Assembly (NCBI RefSeq): GCF_009834535.1
Contig: NC_045707.1
Coordinates: forward strand, 56,608,001 to 56,672,000
DNA length: 64,000 bases
Direction: 5' to 3'
Source: Camelus ferus
Taxonomy: Eukaryota
Under the pieces are notes generated by a model. The model made no database searches and was not told the DNA's origin. It was given only the letters and a program-made list of their open reading frames with translations. The stretch's first letter is position 1, and each line of letters starts with the position of its first letter. Positions 12,876 through 25,399 of the stretch are shown piece by piece. The translations under genes and the position numbers were made by a program.

Positions 12876-13140
12876 AACTGACGTTTCCTGGAGAAAAAGA
12901 AATTCTCTCTTAATACTGAAGTGTTAGCTTCTGCCTGAGTTTCCTTCTTTCCCCTGTATTTCAGATTCAAGACTACAGTAACAAATTGTGTCTGTGTTTT
13001 TAGCAGGCTGGCTTGCCCTACAGATTTCAGATTTGCTAGCTCCCATAATTACATGAGCCTGCTTCTTAAAATAAACTCTTTATATATATGTATGTGCATA
13101 TACTATTTTTTCTATTTCTCTGGAAAACCCTGACATAGCA
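12876..13140 (+). mobile_element. 3' part of an MLT2 LTR, likely the 3' LTR of the ERVL remnant
   Basis: gccctacagatttcagatttgctagc...cttaaaataaactc...tttctctggaaaaccctgac. Confidence 0.8.
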
Positions 13141-14277
13141 AGTTTTTATAATTCTTTAAGTCTTGGTTAGCTTAACTCTTACTTGGAATAATAAAACTAC
13201 TTACAGAGTTGTTATGAGTAAAAAATGAGAAGATACAATCAAATTACTTAGGAAAATATCAGAAAAATTATAAGTACTTGATAAATATTAGCATCGACTC
13301 TTTTTCTACTACTCTGATTTCCAAAGCAAAAGTATTCCAGGCTTAAACTTCTTTTATTTTTAACTATATTTATATCTCCATCTATTTTAATGTGTATTAA
13401 TTTCACTTCATCTTTTCTCCAGCAGAATCCAAGAAATGGTTAAATTTTTCAGGTATTAAAAAGATTGGTTCTACTTTCACAACATATTCATTAATCAACT
13501 CAGATTCCTTGGGTTGGCTGAACACATACTTTATGTCTCTGAAATCACTGTGCAACTATGATTGTTGTTTGGATAATGTCCACAGAAAATTTACGATCAA
13601 AGATGAAAAATTACAAGAGATCCACATCTTCTGTTGAGCCTTTGGTCATTTGGGCCTAAGTGTTGGCTTTTTAAAAAAAAAAAAATGAGTACTGACAACA
13701 TGCAAGGAACTGTTCTACAGGCTGATTAAATAGCAGCAAGCAAAGCAAACAAAGTCCCTTTCCTCATAGAGGCTGCCTTCTATAAGGCCATTAAAGATTT
13801 TTCCTTGGAAAGAAAACTAGTCATTGGAGGGTTTTGAACACAAAAGAAATGTGCGTGGGAGCAGAATTAACAGTGCCCTGCTTCCATAATCCTTGTCACA
13901 AATAAAATAAACTCTTTGCACGCTAGGATAAACAAACAAACAGAAATTAGGTTACCTTTTCTGGTTTTAACTTTTCAAATAAATGATATATTGTACTTTT
14001 TCCACAAGTTACAAACTCCTTAGCAAAAACAACTTTATCCTTGACTTGCAATGCTAATGCCTGAACATAAGTTACAAGTTTGTTATATAATCACCACATG
14101 TTTGAACACTGTTTTACCAACTGGAATAGATTAATATAAACTTGGAAAACTTAGTTATCTTGCATATTCCTTTAAATTCTTTTTTTTGGTTTATTTTTTA
14201 TTTGATTAAAATTGAATGATAAGGGGAAAAAGAAAAATTGCTAGAATAAGGTCCTTGAGTCATTGGGAGAGTATTAG

Positions 14278-14372
14278 GATGTGTGCTGGTAAACTGAACA
14301 GCCAGCAATCTGGGGGAAAGCCTTGATTCACAGCATTTGCCAATTTTCATGGTATAAATACTTCTTCCACCC
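14278..14372. mobile_element. Non-autonomous hAT DNA transposon end fragment (MER63-like)
   Basis: gtgtgctggtaaa...gccttgattcacagcatttgccaattttcatggtataaatact. Confidence 0.5.
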
Positions 14373-15163
14373 AGTTTTTATTGTTTTGTTTAATTAATAG
14401 TAATTATGACACAGTGAGGCAAGTGCATCTACCTAAAGGTTGTCATTTACCCAGAATTTTTTTCTAGTATTTTTTTTTTGGAATGTGTAAACATGTTTGC
14501 CATTTTATCAGCATTACTGGGCCAGCAATATTCATGCACCATTACTTCTAGGATGAAACAATATGCATGCTCACTTTTTAAAGTTACAATAATTCTCTTC
14601 TTTCATTCAGGTAGGAATGATAGAAATACAGTAATAATGCTATTATATTTATACAAAGGCACTGAAAGAATTGAATAAAATGGCATCATTAAATTCAGAG
14701 TCATTCCACTCCAGCAGACCAGAATTTAAATTAATTGAAAAAAAGCACTACAAAATAATTTGAGGAATATACTGGGCACTTCTATTGTGGCAAAAAATAT
14801 ATTTAATAGTCTTCCTTCAGTTTAAAATGAACATCATTTTTTATTTTTTGTAAAATAATGGTACAATATTAATAAAGTTAGATGTTGATGAAAACAATCT
14901 CTTAAGTTTATGCACAGAGATTTTCACTATTTGGGGAACCAATTGTAATGCTTTCTATTCCTTTACTGAGCATGTTATATCCCAGATGCTGCCTGTGCCC
15001 CTGAAATAAAAGAACTGAACTACATGGATAAAGTCTCAGCATTAAAATATTACAGAGAATTAGTCATATTATTTTATGATAGATTTCATAATAGTTTGTT
15101 AAAAGAAAACAAAGTATTGTTCATGTGTTTTTCAGGAAGATAAGTAAAGGAAATGTTGGAATA

Positions 15164-15975
15164 TGTCAGAGGTTGAGCTCATCAAGAGGGAGATTCTGAG
15201 AAGAGATTTGCATGTGAAGTTTATTAACTATTTCCATACTTGTGGAAGGAAGGCAAGAAAGAAGACTGGCCAAAGGGAGAAGTTGAGCTGTGATGCAATC
15301 TTAACAAAGGCTTCAGTCAACCCTCAAAACAAGTCCAGAAGGTGATACGACCCTTCACAGTTTTCCTTAGTTAGGGCAAGAGTGCCAGGCTTCAGTAGTC
15401 TTGCACTGACCAGTCATTAAATGGAGGGTACTTTGGGAAGGGACCATGGCCTTGGGTGAGGAGACTCTTCAACTATGTAATTCTCAAAGAAGGCTACTTG
15501 ATGGTAAGTTTTATGCATTACCTTGACTAGGTTAAGCCCCAGGTTATGCAATCAAATACTAATATAGGTGTTGCTGTGAAGGTAATTTTGGTTGACTTGA
15601 AGTAGGCTTGATAATCTGGTTGGCCCTGATTCAATTAGTTGAAAGACCTTAAGAAAAGAGCTATGACTTTCTTGAGAAAGAGGAAATTCTAGAAGAAAAA
15701 GAGCTTTAGCTTGAGCCCAAAAGGTCCAGCCTGCCCTTTCTAATAGCCTGGCTCTACAGATTTCAGACTTACCCTGCCAGCCCCTATAATTGTGTAGGTC
15801 ATTTCCTTGCAGTAATTTTCTTCATATATATCTCCTACTGATTCAGTTTCTCTGAACACTGACTGATACAGGCTGACAACTGAAAACTGTCTACTAGCAG
15901 AGTGCCTAGTAGCTGGTTCATTAAACCTTCTGTCCTTAAGGGGTATCTGAGCTGGATATCACAGTGTTCACTATG
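15164..15975 (-). mobile_element. Old ERVL-type LTR (LTR16-like), split by an MLT2 insertion
   Basis: The halves 15164-15496 and 15871-15975 join in register. Minus-strand AATAAA at 15220-15225. Contains gggagaagttgagctgtgatgca. Confidence 0.65.
15497..15870 (+). mobile_element. MLT2 solo LTR nested in the older LTR
   Basis: tgatggtaagttttatg...taggtgttgctgtgaagg...ctgactgataca. 5-bp TSD ggcta/ggctg at 15492-15496 and 15871-15875. Confidence 0.85.
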
Positions 15976-16839
15976 GGGTAGTTAAGTTAGTCCTTGTTCT
16001 CTACCTTTTACATTCAAATTTATACTTCCTACCACATGCCAGGCAGAGAAAGATGAGGGAAGACTAGAACTATTAAGCTAGTGTACTAAAGATCATTTTC
16101 ATGTTTAGGAAGCAGAAATCCAATTCAAGCAGTCTTCAACTACATAAATTGAAAATCTGAGTACAATGCTAGCTTTAGATGCTGTTGAACCCAGAGATTC
16201 AAAACTAATGATAAATTTTTGGATTCCCATCTTCTTTCATATCTGTTTTCATCTGAATTAAAAACATTCTCACCACTTGTTGGCTCCTCTACTGCTCGGG
16301 ACTTCATGAGCCTCACACAGGCAAGTTTGATGCAAACAAAGAAAAAAAATCTGCATTTCAAGCATTCTAATTTTAGAACTAGTATTGAGTTTTAATTCTC
16401 ATATTTGGATGATAAGACTAATCTAACCCTGAACCAACCAACCCCTGTGAGCAAGGAAGACAAAATATGCTGATTGACTAACAATGTGGGTCACTCAACT
16501 TCCACTGGAGGTGGAAGTTTTTAAATTTCATGTAAGGAAAGGAGCTGAAGCACTGAGGAGGAGGTGATAGTGAGATACCTGTCTATAGCTGGTAATGATC
16601 ACTATAAAGATAAACTAAAAAAATCCACTCCAGAATAAGAAGATGACAAGGAGGTTGGTCTGTCTCAGCCTAGACTCTGGGAAGACAATCTCTTATTATT
16701 TAATAAATGTTACTAAGTAAATAATAAATACTCATTAAATAGATATGTTTAAAATAAAATACGGAATAAAAATTCAAAGGTAAGAAGGGACAATGTGTTA
16801 TAAAAATGGATGGATTTTTAAAGAAAAAATAAAGCATAT

Positions 16840-17720
16840 AGAGTTAAACTATATAGTTATTGAAGTTAAAAATCCAATAGATTGGTTAAATAGCCATTTA
16901 GTCACAGCATAAGACAGAATCAGTAAAATAAAAGATAGATTGAAGGAAACTACCTAAAATGTAGCACTGAGAAAAATCTGAAAAATTAATATAGAGGGAG
17001 AATTCAACATATACTGAATAGGAATTGCATAAATACAAACCAAATGGAATGAGAAATAGCACTATTTGAAGGAATAAAGGCTTAACATTTCCCAGTACTG
17101 ATAAAAGACATAAATCCTCATGTTCAAGAAGCACAATGAGTTTCTGAGGAGAATAAACAAAAAATAAAGCCATACTTCAACATACTTTGGAGAGTACCAA
17201 AGCCAAAGATCTTAAAATTAGCTGAAAGGAAAAGTAAGACCAGGTACAGATGAATGGTCATTTTTGAACAGTAGACTTTTCTTCTTAAAATCAAAAATCA
17301 ACAGAAAGTATACTATTAGCTTCAATGTAAAAGAGAGAAGATTAGTGTACACCTGAAAGTCTATTCAGTGGTGTGCTGGAACCAGCTCATACTGGCTTGG
17401 AAGAAAAAGCTGTTAAACTATTGCCAGTTCCCAGGTTCAAGAAACAAATAAAGTCCTTGTGATAGTAGCTATGAACTTTCCTGAACTGATAAAAGATTAT
17501 CTCATATTACAGAAGCTCAACATAAATAGGGGAAACAAAAAGAAACACATTTTCAGACATGTCAGAGTGAAAATTCAGAACACTAAAGGCAAAGGCAAGA
17601 TCATAAATGAAGCTAGAGGAACAAATGTTAATTTGCTTGTCAAAGATTTTCTCTATATCACTAATGGGAATCATAAGACAGTGGAATAATATCTTCAAAG
17701 TGATACAATTTAGAATTGTA
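16840..17720 (+). mobile_element. Ancient L1/HAL1 ORF1-like fragments (two segments), with a short MER63-like end at about 17366-17430
   Basis: ORF 17459-17689 (NFPELIKD...FRHVRVKIQNTKGKGKIINEAR) resembles the L1 ORF1p motifs ENFPNL/PRHIIIK/KEKILKAAR. Similar DNA lies at about 17060-17240. Confidence 0.65.
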
Positions 17721-20527
17721 TGCTAGTCACATGTGTATTTTAGCTAGCCCCATTTAAGAAATTGTATATTTTAATATGGAATGAGCTAAGCATTTTATAC
17801 TTTTCTTAAAAAATAGAAATAAATTATACATGAAAGGATGATATAAAAAGAAGTCCTGAATTAGGTGAGGTCTGGAATTACAGTATAGCAAGTATAGTAA
17901 AGTTTTGACTTTACTTGTAGGAAAATAAATGGTGCAGAAAGAGAAAGTGGGGCAAGATAAATGTATTTCTGTTTAAGATAGAAGAAAACATGGCATGACT
18001 ATATGTTAAGAAAGATAATTCAGGAGGAAAGGGAGATGTAAAAAAGGAATAGAAAGGGGTCAAGTGGGAGCGAAACTATAGGCTATGAAAAAGCAGATGG
18101 GATGTGGTAGATAAATCTTTGATAAAACTACAAGTAATTCATTTCTTGTAATGGAGGTCAGGCAGAGAATATGAGTCTAGTGCAGGAGATTGAAGTATAG
18201 TGAGAGAATGAAAGTGTTCTAGTAAGATGATTCTATTTCTCAACTTCCTACTCCTTGAAAATCCTGAAACAGTTTGATTTTTGAAATTTCTCATTTCATG
18301 AGAGAAATGGAAAAAGAACAAGAAAGATACCAACATTTACAGAATATGAGATATATTCCAGGCACTCTTAAGAAACTTTACTTATGCTATCCCATCTTAT
18401 CCTCATGAAAAAAACTCCTGAAATAAAGGCATTAGTGTGGCTATTTTATTGATAAGAAAACTGAGAAACAGAGGTATTCAGCTATTTGCCCAAAATGATA
18501 CACTGTTAGAAATGACAGGATTTAGAACAAAGTTCTGGCTGGCTTGAGATTCCCTGTTCTTTCCATAACCCATCATTGCCTGAATAATTAAAAACCACAT
18601 GCAAGAAACTTCATTCAAATTCATTTTAATGAAAAATTAATACTAATATGCTTTTAAAAATCTTTCCTATGGTGTAAATTTTATGATAATGATCCGAAAC
18701 AATTATTATAAGCTCTCCTTATTTTGTTTTAAAGGACTTAAGACCACATTGGCACTCTTGTAGTACTTAACAGACAATTTATAAGGGAGGGTGCTTAGAA
18801 GCCAGTATGTATTTTTTATAGCTCAAGATTAGTCTTTATTTGCTAATTCCTCCATTTTGCTATATAATTCTGATGCTTAGTAATTATTTATGATTTTTGA
18901 AATTTATAACACACCATATATGCTTAATGTAAAAAATCCAGCACTATTTTCACAAAGTCCTGAATTTCAGGTAAAATATCTTGCATTGTAAAAACAGTGC
19001 AGTGTCAGACAGTAACTGTCCACCTGGTGCTGAATATCAGTAATTATTTTTCATTTGGCTACAACAGGAACATAGTTGTATATTCTGCCATTCTATTAGT
19101 ATATACGGTCATTTATAAATCAACAGCTTAACTTTAATAAAAATTATGGAGTGTGAATGATATTTTTCTTTTTTCCTTTTAAGTACATACCATATTAAGC
19201 TTCTCTGCTCTTTCTTCTGCAATGTCAGCAGATAAATATTTGATGCTACCCATATATGGGAAATTTAACAGTACTTGAGAAATCTTTATAAATTGGAGAA
19301 AAGAAAGCTATATTCTGCTTTATCTAATTATTATTAATATTAATAAATTTCAGAAATAGGTACATCATCAAAAGAGATTCTATTATATATAAAGTTAGTA
19401 GAATGCAAAATAATTTCACTGGAAGTCAAAACAAACAACACAAAGAAGCATACTAATATTATATATAACTCCACTTCCCTCATCCTTTTGAATGATGGAA
19501 ATAAATAACCAAGACAGAACAGATTTTTGAAAATGTTAAAAATGTTAAGGTTGTTTAAAAGGAAAATTTTCAGAAAAAGTACAATGCATAAGGACATATG
19601 AGACAAGTCTGTTGTTTTTAAAAACACATGTTACAACAATTAGAAATATTTAGATAATTATTTTACGATTAACATTATGGGTGGTCCACTATACAGAGTC
19701 TGGATTATGCTGACTTTTAAAAAAAAGAGTACTGAACTTTGTTCTGAAAGGCACTTAGGTGGATCCTTTTGATCCCATAAAGCTTTTATTCTCTGTCTGG
19801 ACAGTTTATTTCAGCTTTACTTTTACTTCCAGTGTGTGATCTTACTCTGTGCATGGTCTGCATTAAGACTTGGGCTTTCAGGGGTTTCACCCGAGTGACG
19901 GCCATGAAAGGAAGTTGTTTTCATTCTGGTCAAGGTGGAATATCATGGTGTGTCCTCTATTACCATCATTCAGCCACACAGCACTAGGTCTTGTCCTTTG
20001 CATTTGTAGCCCAGTTATTGATCAAAGACTCATAAGGAACCCCACTTAGGCTTCTGGATTATCATCATTAGCCCTGAAATTAGCAGCCACCGAATCAGCC
20101 TTAACTCCAGTCCGTGATCTTTGGTTCAGGGAAACCATGATTCATACATTTTGCCTGGTTTTATAATTATTTATGGTAGAGGATAGGTGCAGTACCAATT
20201 ACCCCACTGTAGCTGGAAGTGAAAGTTCTATAGCTAAATTATTAACCAAAACAGAGCCATGATTTTTTTTTTCCCTCCTAAGAACTCTTTCCTTTCCTGA
20301 AGGGTATTTAATCAATTTAAAAAATCATAGGCATCAAATGTGTATTGTAGAAGGGAGTAAATGAATATTACCTTTTGTAACTTATTTGTTGTTACCTGAG
20401 CTTTCTATTATAAAGTAAAATGATGCAGATATTAAAACAAAAACAGAAAGTAAGTAAAAACCCTGTAATTGTACAATTCATAGAAAACAGCAGTATGACC
20501 ACTTCAGTTTTTTCTTTTTAAAACTTG

Positions 20528-21960
20528 ATGCTCTGTCAGTTGAAAAGGCCTAGAAGCAATGGCAACATAACAGTATTGAGCTCTTCTAGCACTCATATAT
20601 TGGTCTCTAAATGACTTTTCTCACTGTAAAAAGGAGGTCTACTTGAAAACATGACTGCTTTCAAGTCTGGGTCAGAAAATGTGCAAAATGAGCCTAGGAC
20701 ATCATGTACTAGACAGTAAGTTATACAAAACAAATGGGGTGATACCAAAGTTCACAGGAAGTGTCATTGACCAAAGATAAGACAATGTTAGTTTCAAAAA
20801 AAAAGATTGAACTTGTTTAAAACACAGTGAGTATTAAAGGTCATGAGTTTATCACAGTATTTTTTTTTAAAGGAGAAACAAAACTCACTGCACACCACAA
20901 TAGACTGCATAGCAATCACTCTAATTGAATTCAAAGTATGATACTTTAAAAAGTACAAGTTATTCTCCCTTTCCAACATAAACTAATTCATAGTAACAAA
21001 AAAGACCCTAGTAGGTGGAGAAAACTATCTTTTATAGAGAAGAATTTTAAGTGATAAATGCAGATGTAACATAATCAGAAAAATCACTGTTTTGCTACCT
21101 CTAACAAAAGAACTGATCTGGAGGATGCTCAATAATGGATGCTAAAACCATTAGGTGAACCTTGATGGAGAACTCTGCAATGAAGGAATCAAGCTGCGAC
21201 CATCTGAAACCATATGCCAAGCAGTATCGCTGAACATAGACAATTGGACAGTATGTGTCTCCAAAGTGATGTAATACGACATATAAAGCATCACCTATAA
21301 AACCTTTTTGCAAAAAAGAAAAAAGAAGTACCTGAATTGAATCAAGTTTTTAATAACTTATATCAGTGTCACAGAGTGAAATGCCACAGGAAATAATCAC
21401 CCAGATCCAGACTGTGGATCATCTACAAGATAACTGATCTAATTTCCTCAAAAAAGCAGTGACATGAAAAAGAGTAAGAGGACAGGAGACTTGTGTATAT
21501 TAAAAAAATAAAAGAGACAAAGAGAGACTGATTTAGGAAATGCAATACCAACTACAAAGAATGGACTGTTCGGATTGGATTCTAATTTTAAGAAAGCAAA
21601 TGTAAAAAGAAAATTTTGAGACATTTAAAGGCATTTTAGATGATAATAAGAAATTGTTAACTTTGTTAATTATTCATAGTAATAATGGTATTATGAATTC
21701 ATAAGAAAATTACTTTCTTTCCCTTTAGTGTATACTGAGAAAGAATGAAATGATATGGCTGTCTGGGATTAGCTTTAAAAAACTTCTGCCCTACCTCACT
21801 CTCACTGCCCATCCCTCCACCAAAAAAGGACAAAGTAGACTAAAACAGGTACAGCAAAATATATAGGATTTTTGAAACTGGGTGATGGGAGTCACAGGAG
21901 TTTATTTTACTCAACTATTGTGTATGTCTAGAAATTTTATAAATGCAAATTTATAAAGAG
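20528..21960 (+). mobile_element. L1MC3/4-like long 3' UTR
   Basis: tgaaaaggcctagaagcaatg...aaaatgagcctaggacatc...gatgctaaaaccattaggtg...ctattgtgtatgtctagaaatttt. Confidence 0.75.
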
Positions 21961-22114
21961 TAAATAAAGATACCTGTGAAGTTATATTTTACTGTCTTTG
22001 AAGAGTAACATTTAAAACAGGCCTTATTTTAAAATGTGCTCTTAATTCCCTCAATTGTCCAATACAGGAACTTGAACTCAGTTCACATGCAGCATCAATA
22101 TGATACATATTATA

Positions 22115-22530
22115 CCAAGCAGGAAACAGATGAGACCCTCAAAGGGGTTAACTGACAAAAGTTTAATGACTGAACTGTTTACAGATATGAGCTGAGGGTG
22201 AAGGAAAGCAAGAGATGGTGAAGGCTAAGGGACTTACGGGAGCTAATATTAATTACCCTGGGCCTGCAGAAATGAGAGCAGGGAATGGAACAGTGTTCTG
22301 GAATCTGTGACAGTTGGGAATGGGTCACAGGAAAGAAGCTATAGCTGCGGAGACAAGGCGTGTGCAAGAAAAGCATCATCTTCTAATCCCCTGCTGGCAT
22401 CTTCTATCTCTATAGTCCAATTGGAATTCAGAGGCTGCAGTCTGCAGAGGTCAGACTGCAGGAACACAAACCAAGGCAGAGGGGGGCAGACTGGATGGTA
22501 GATGGGGAGGCAAGGAAAAGTGCAACAGAG
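22115..22530. mobile_element. Ancient LTR-like element, family uncertain
   Basis: aagcaggaaacagatgagaccctcaaaggggttaactga...tgtttacagat resembles old eutherian LTR consensus sequence. Confidence 0.45.
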
Positions 22531-22685
22531 AAAAGTGTTAACCTAATTGTTCATTTCATTATAAGTCTGCTTCTAACTTGAAATAAGTTCAGATAATGTA
22601 AGGTGAAATTTTACAAGATTTCAGAGATTTTATAGTATGGACAATATCTGTCAAATTTCTGTTTTTGTAAATCACAAGTTGTCCA

Positions 22686-23027
22686 TTGCTTCCATGTCTT
22701 GGCTTTTGTGAATAATGAGACAATGTAAATGGTCCTTAAGTGTATTATGCTAAGTGAAATAATCCAAAGACCAATACTACATGGTATCATATATTTCGAA
22801 TCTAAATAAAATGTCAAAGTCATAGAAACAGAAAGTAGAAAAGTGGTTGGCAGGGATTGTGAGGCTGGAGAAATAGGGAGAGTTTGGTCAAAGGGTATAA
22901 ACTTTCAGATATAAGATGAACAAGATCCAAGGTTCTACTGAATAACATGGTGATTATAGTTGATAATATTGTACTATATAATTTAAATTGCTAAGAGAAT
23001 AGAACTTAAATGTTCTCACCAAAAAAA
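22686..23027 (+). mobile_element. L1MA-type 3' fragment with a short inverted 5' segment
   Basis: 22686-22717 is minus-strand L1 (encodes LFTKAKTWKQ). 22721-23027 is plus-strand L1 (tattatgctaagtgaaataa...cttaaatgttctcacc). Confidence 0.75.
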
Positions 23028-23731
23028 TTCTTTTTTCCATTTTTCAGATTCTTTTCCATTATACATTATTACAAGATACTGAATATAGTTCCCTGTGCTA
23101 TAGAGTAGGTCCCTGTTGTTTATTTTATATATAGTACTTTGTATCTGTTAATCCGAAATTCCAAATTTATCCCTCCCAAATCCCTTCCCCTTTGGTAACC
23201 ATATGATTGTTTTCTATGTCTGTGAGTCTATTTCTGTTTTGTATGTAAGTTCATTTGTGTATATTTTTTAGATTCCATATATAAGTAATATCATAGGATA
23301 TCTGTCTTTCTCTGACTTACTTCCCTTAGTATGTTAATATCTATGTCCATCCATTTTGCTGTAAATGGCATCCTTTCTTTTTTATGGCTGAATAATATTC
23401 TACTGTATATACACCAAAACTTCTTTATCCATTCATCTATCAACAAACATTTAGGTTACTTCTATGTCTTCGCTATTGTAAGTAGTGCTGCTATGAACAT
23501 TGGAATGCACGTATCTTTTTATATTAGAGTTTCTCTCTTTTCTGGGTATATGCCCAGGAGTAGGATCACTGGATCATACGGAAATTCTATTTTTAGTTTT
23601 TTAAAACCTCCATAGTGTTCTCCATAGTGGCTACACCAAATTACATCCCTACCAACAGTGTAGGAGGGTTCTCATTTCTCTGCACTCTCTCCAGCATTTA
23701 TTATTTGTAGACTTTTTGATGATGGCTATTC
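23028..23731 (-). mobile_element. Younger LINE-1 3' fragment (ORF2 end and 3' UTR)
   Basis: tagttccctgtgctatagagtagg...gtagtgctgctatgaacattgg...gtagactttttgatgatggctattc. Confidence 0.9.
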
Positions 23732-23789
23732 CTCCACAAAAGTTGGAAAAGAGGAAAAGCACTGAAGGACGTTGAGGGGAGTGGAGGTT

Positions 23790-24113
23790 CAGTCAATGTG
23801 ATTAGACCATCTGTGTTTTCTAACTGGTGCTTATAGAAATTATATTTCTACCCTCCCACAGAAACTGAGACACAGGGGTGATATCTTTCTTGATGATTAT
23901 ATTAAAAAATGAATCTCAGGTCCTTGTGAAAGACATTCTTAGACTGTAGAAGATTTATTCCTCCAAAGGGCAGAGAATTAGTTTACAATTGCAAGTTTTC
24001 TAAACTAAATGTTCTAAAAGGGGAGGTCAGGGCCCTATATTCAGTAGGAAACTTGGCTAAAGTTTAGTAAAGCTAAACTTGAAGGGAACATTAAGGAAAG
24101 GCCATTGTGGTCA
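23790..24113 (-). mobile_element. ERV1-class LTR (MER31-like)
   Basis: Minus strand starts tgaccacaatggcc...ttactaaactttagccaagtttcc...ccctgacctcccc. Confidence 0.55.
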
Positions 24114-25399
24114 AATTTATCAATATTCTAATTATTGGACCTGAAATTAAGATTTTATAAAATATCATGTATTTTTTATTTGGTGCTTTCAAGGCATTTA
24201 GGGACACATTACTATTTTAAAGTTGATCTTATGTTTGATCTTAGGGGAATTTAGTTAATTGTGCATTTTGTTTTACTTCAAAGAGTAATGCTTTCATAAA
24301 ACTGTTTTCCATGTAACAGGCAAAGGGACATGCAGACACTGTATCTCAGTTGAATAAGCAGCCAACTTGCTGTCATAGATAATGAGGGGCAAGGAGCAGC
24401 CCAACTGTTGAGAAAAGTAATAAATCTGCACATTAACTAGAAAGGAACTATATATACCAGGGCTCCTTTATGGGAGGGTTGGCATAACCATAAATTGTAA
24501 ATCAAAGCATGAACAAGCATTGCATGACAAAAAAAATATTTCAGGCAATTCAGTGAAGAAAATCTACCAGAAAATTGTTCTCATCTCTCTTTTCTGATTG
24601 ATGTGTAATTTATGTTCTAAAGATTTGTTTGTTTGTTTGTTTTCAAGTTGGGTGAACATACACAGAGGACTATGTTGGTAGAATATTTAAAGGATAATAA
24701 TTCTATTAAATTCCATAAAAAAGGTAAGCAGAGAAAAATGAGTCATCTTTTTAACAAAGAAAGGACAAATCTAAGGTTATCTTTTTTTAGATATGACCAA
24801 AATGCTAGAATTGAAGACATCTGGAGTAACTTTGCTTTTATAAACAGAGGAATGACTAGGTACAGAAAGAATATCTGCAAATGTTTAAGGGGGAGAAAAA
24901 AAGAAAGAAAAATATCAACAAAGGATTATGATGACAAGTTGTGAAAGTAGGGAAAAGAGGCCATTTTCTTAAAATCCTGACGTCCAGTCTACATCTCACT
25001 GAGAAACTGATCATTAATACAAGAACCAGTCTCTAGGTGTAACCTTACACTACAGTAGTTTCATAGCTACTCATGCTTAAGTTAATCAATAGAATATAAA
25101 TTATAGTTCATTTCAGCATGAGGTCAAAGATTTAAAATATTTATTTATATGTATATATGCTTTTTTTTTTTTTCCTTTTCAAGCTGATTCTTCTCTTTCT
25201 GCTACTAAGTTTGAAACTATTCAAAGCAAAACTCATCAAAGTTTGGTTCTATGCCACTGTTCTCTTCTCACTCTACACTCTCCCAATCAATTTCATCTAT
25301 GTCTGTGGCTTTTTGTTGTTTGTTGTTTTTAGTCACATGAAGGAAGATGGTTAGATGAGTCACAGTTCGTAATCTGATCTAGGCCTATACTGTAAGCTC

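Noticed and set aside
6569..13140. MLT2 LTRs at 6569 and 12876 as the paired LTRs of one provirus
   Set aside because: Their internal sequences differ, and the DNA between them is mostly unrelated repeats and unique sequence.
19340..19627. Hydrophobic ORFs suggesting membrane peptides (also 7770-8021, 25157-25354, 62522-62761)
   Set aside because: T-rich strands translate to F/L/I by composition alone; there is no gene structure.
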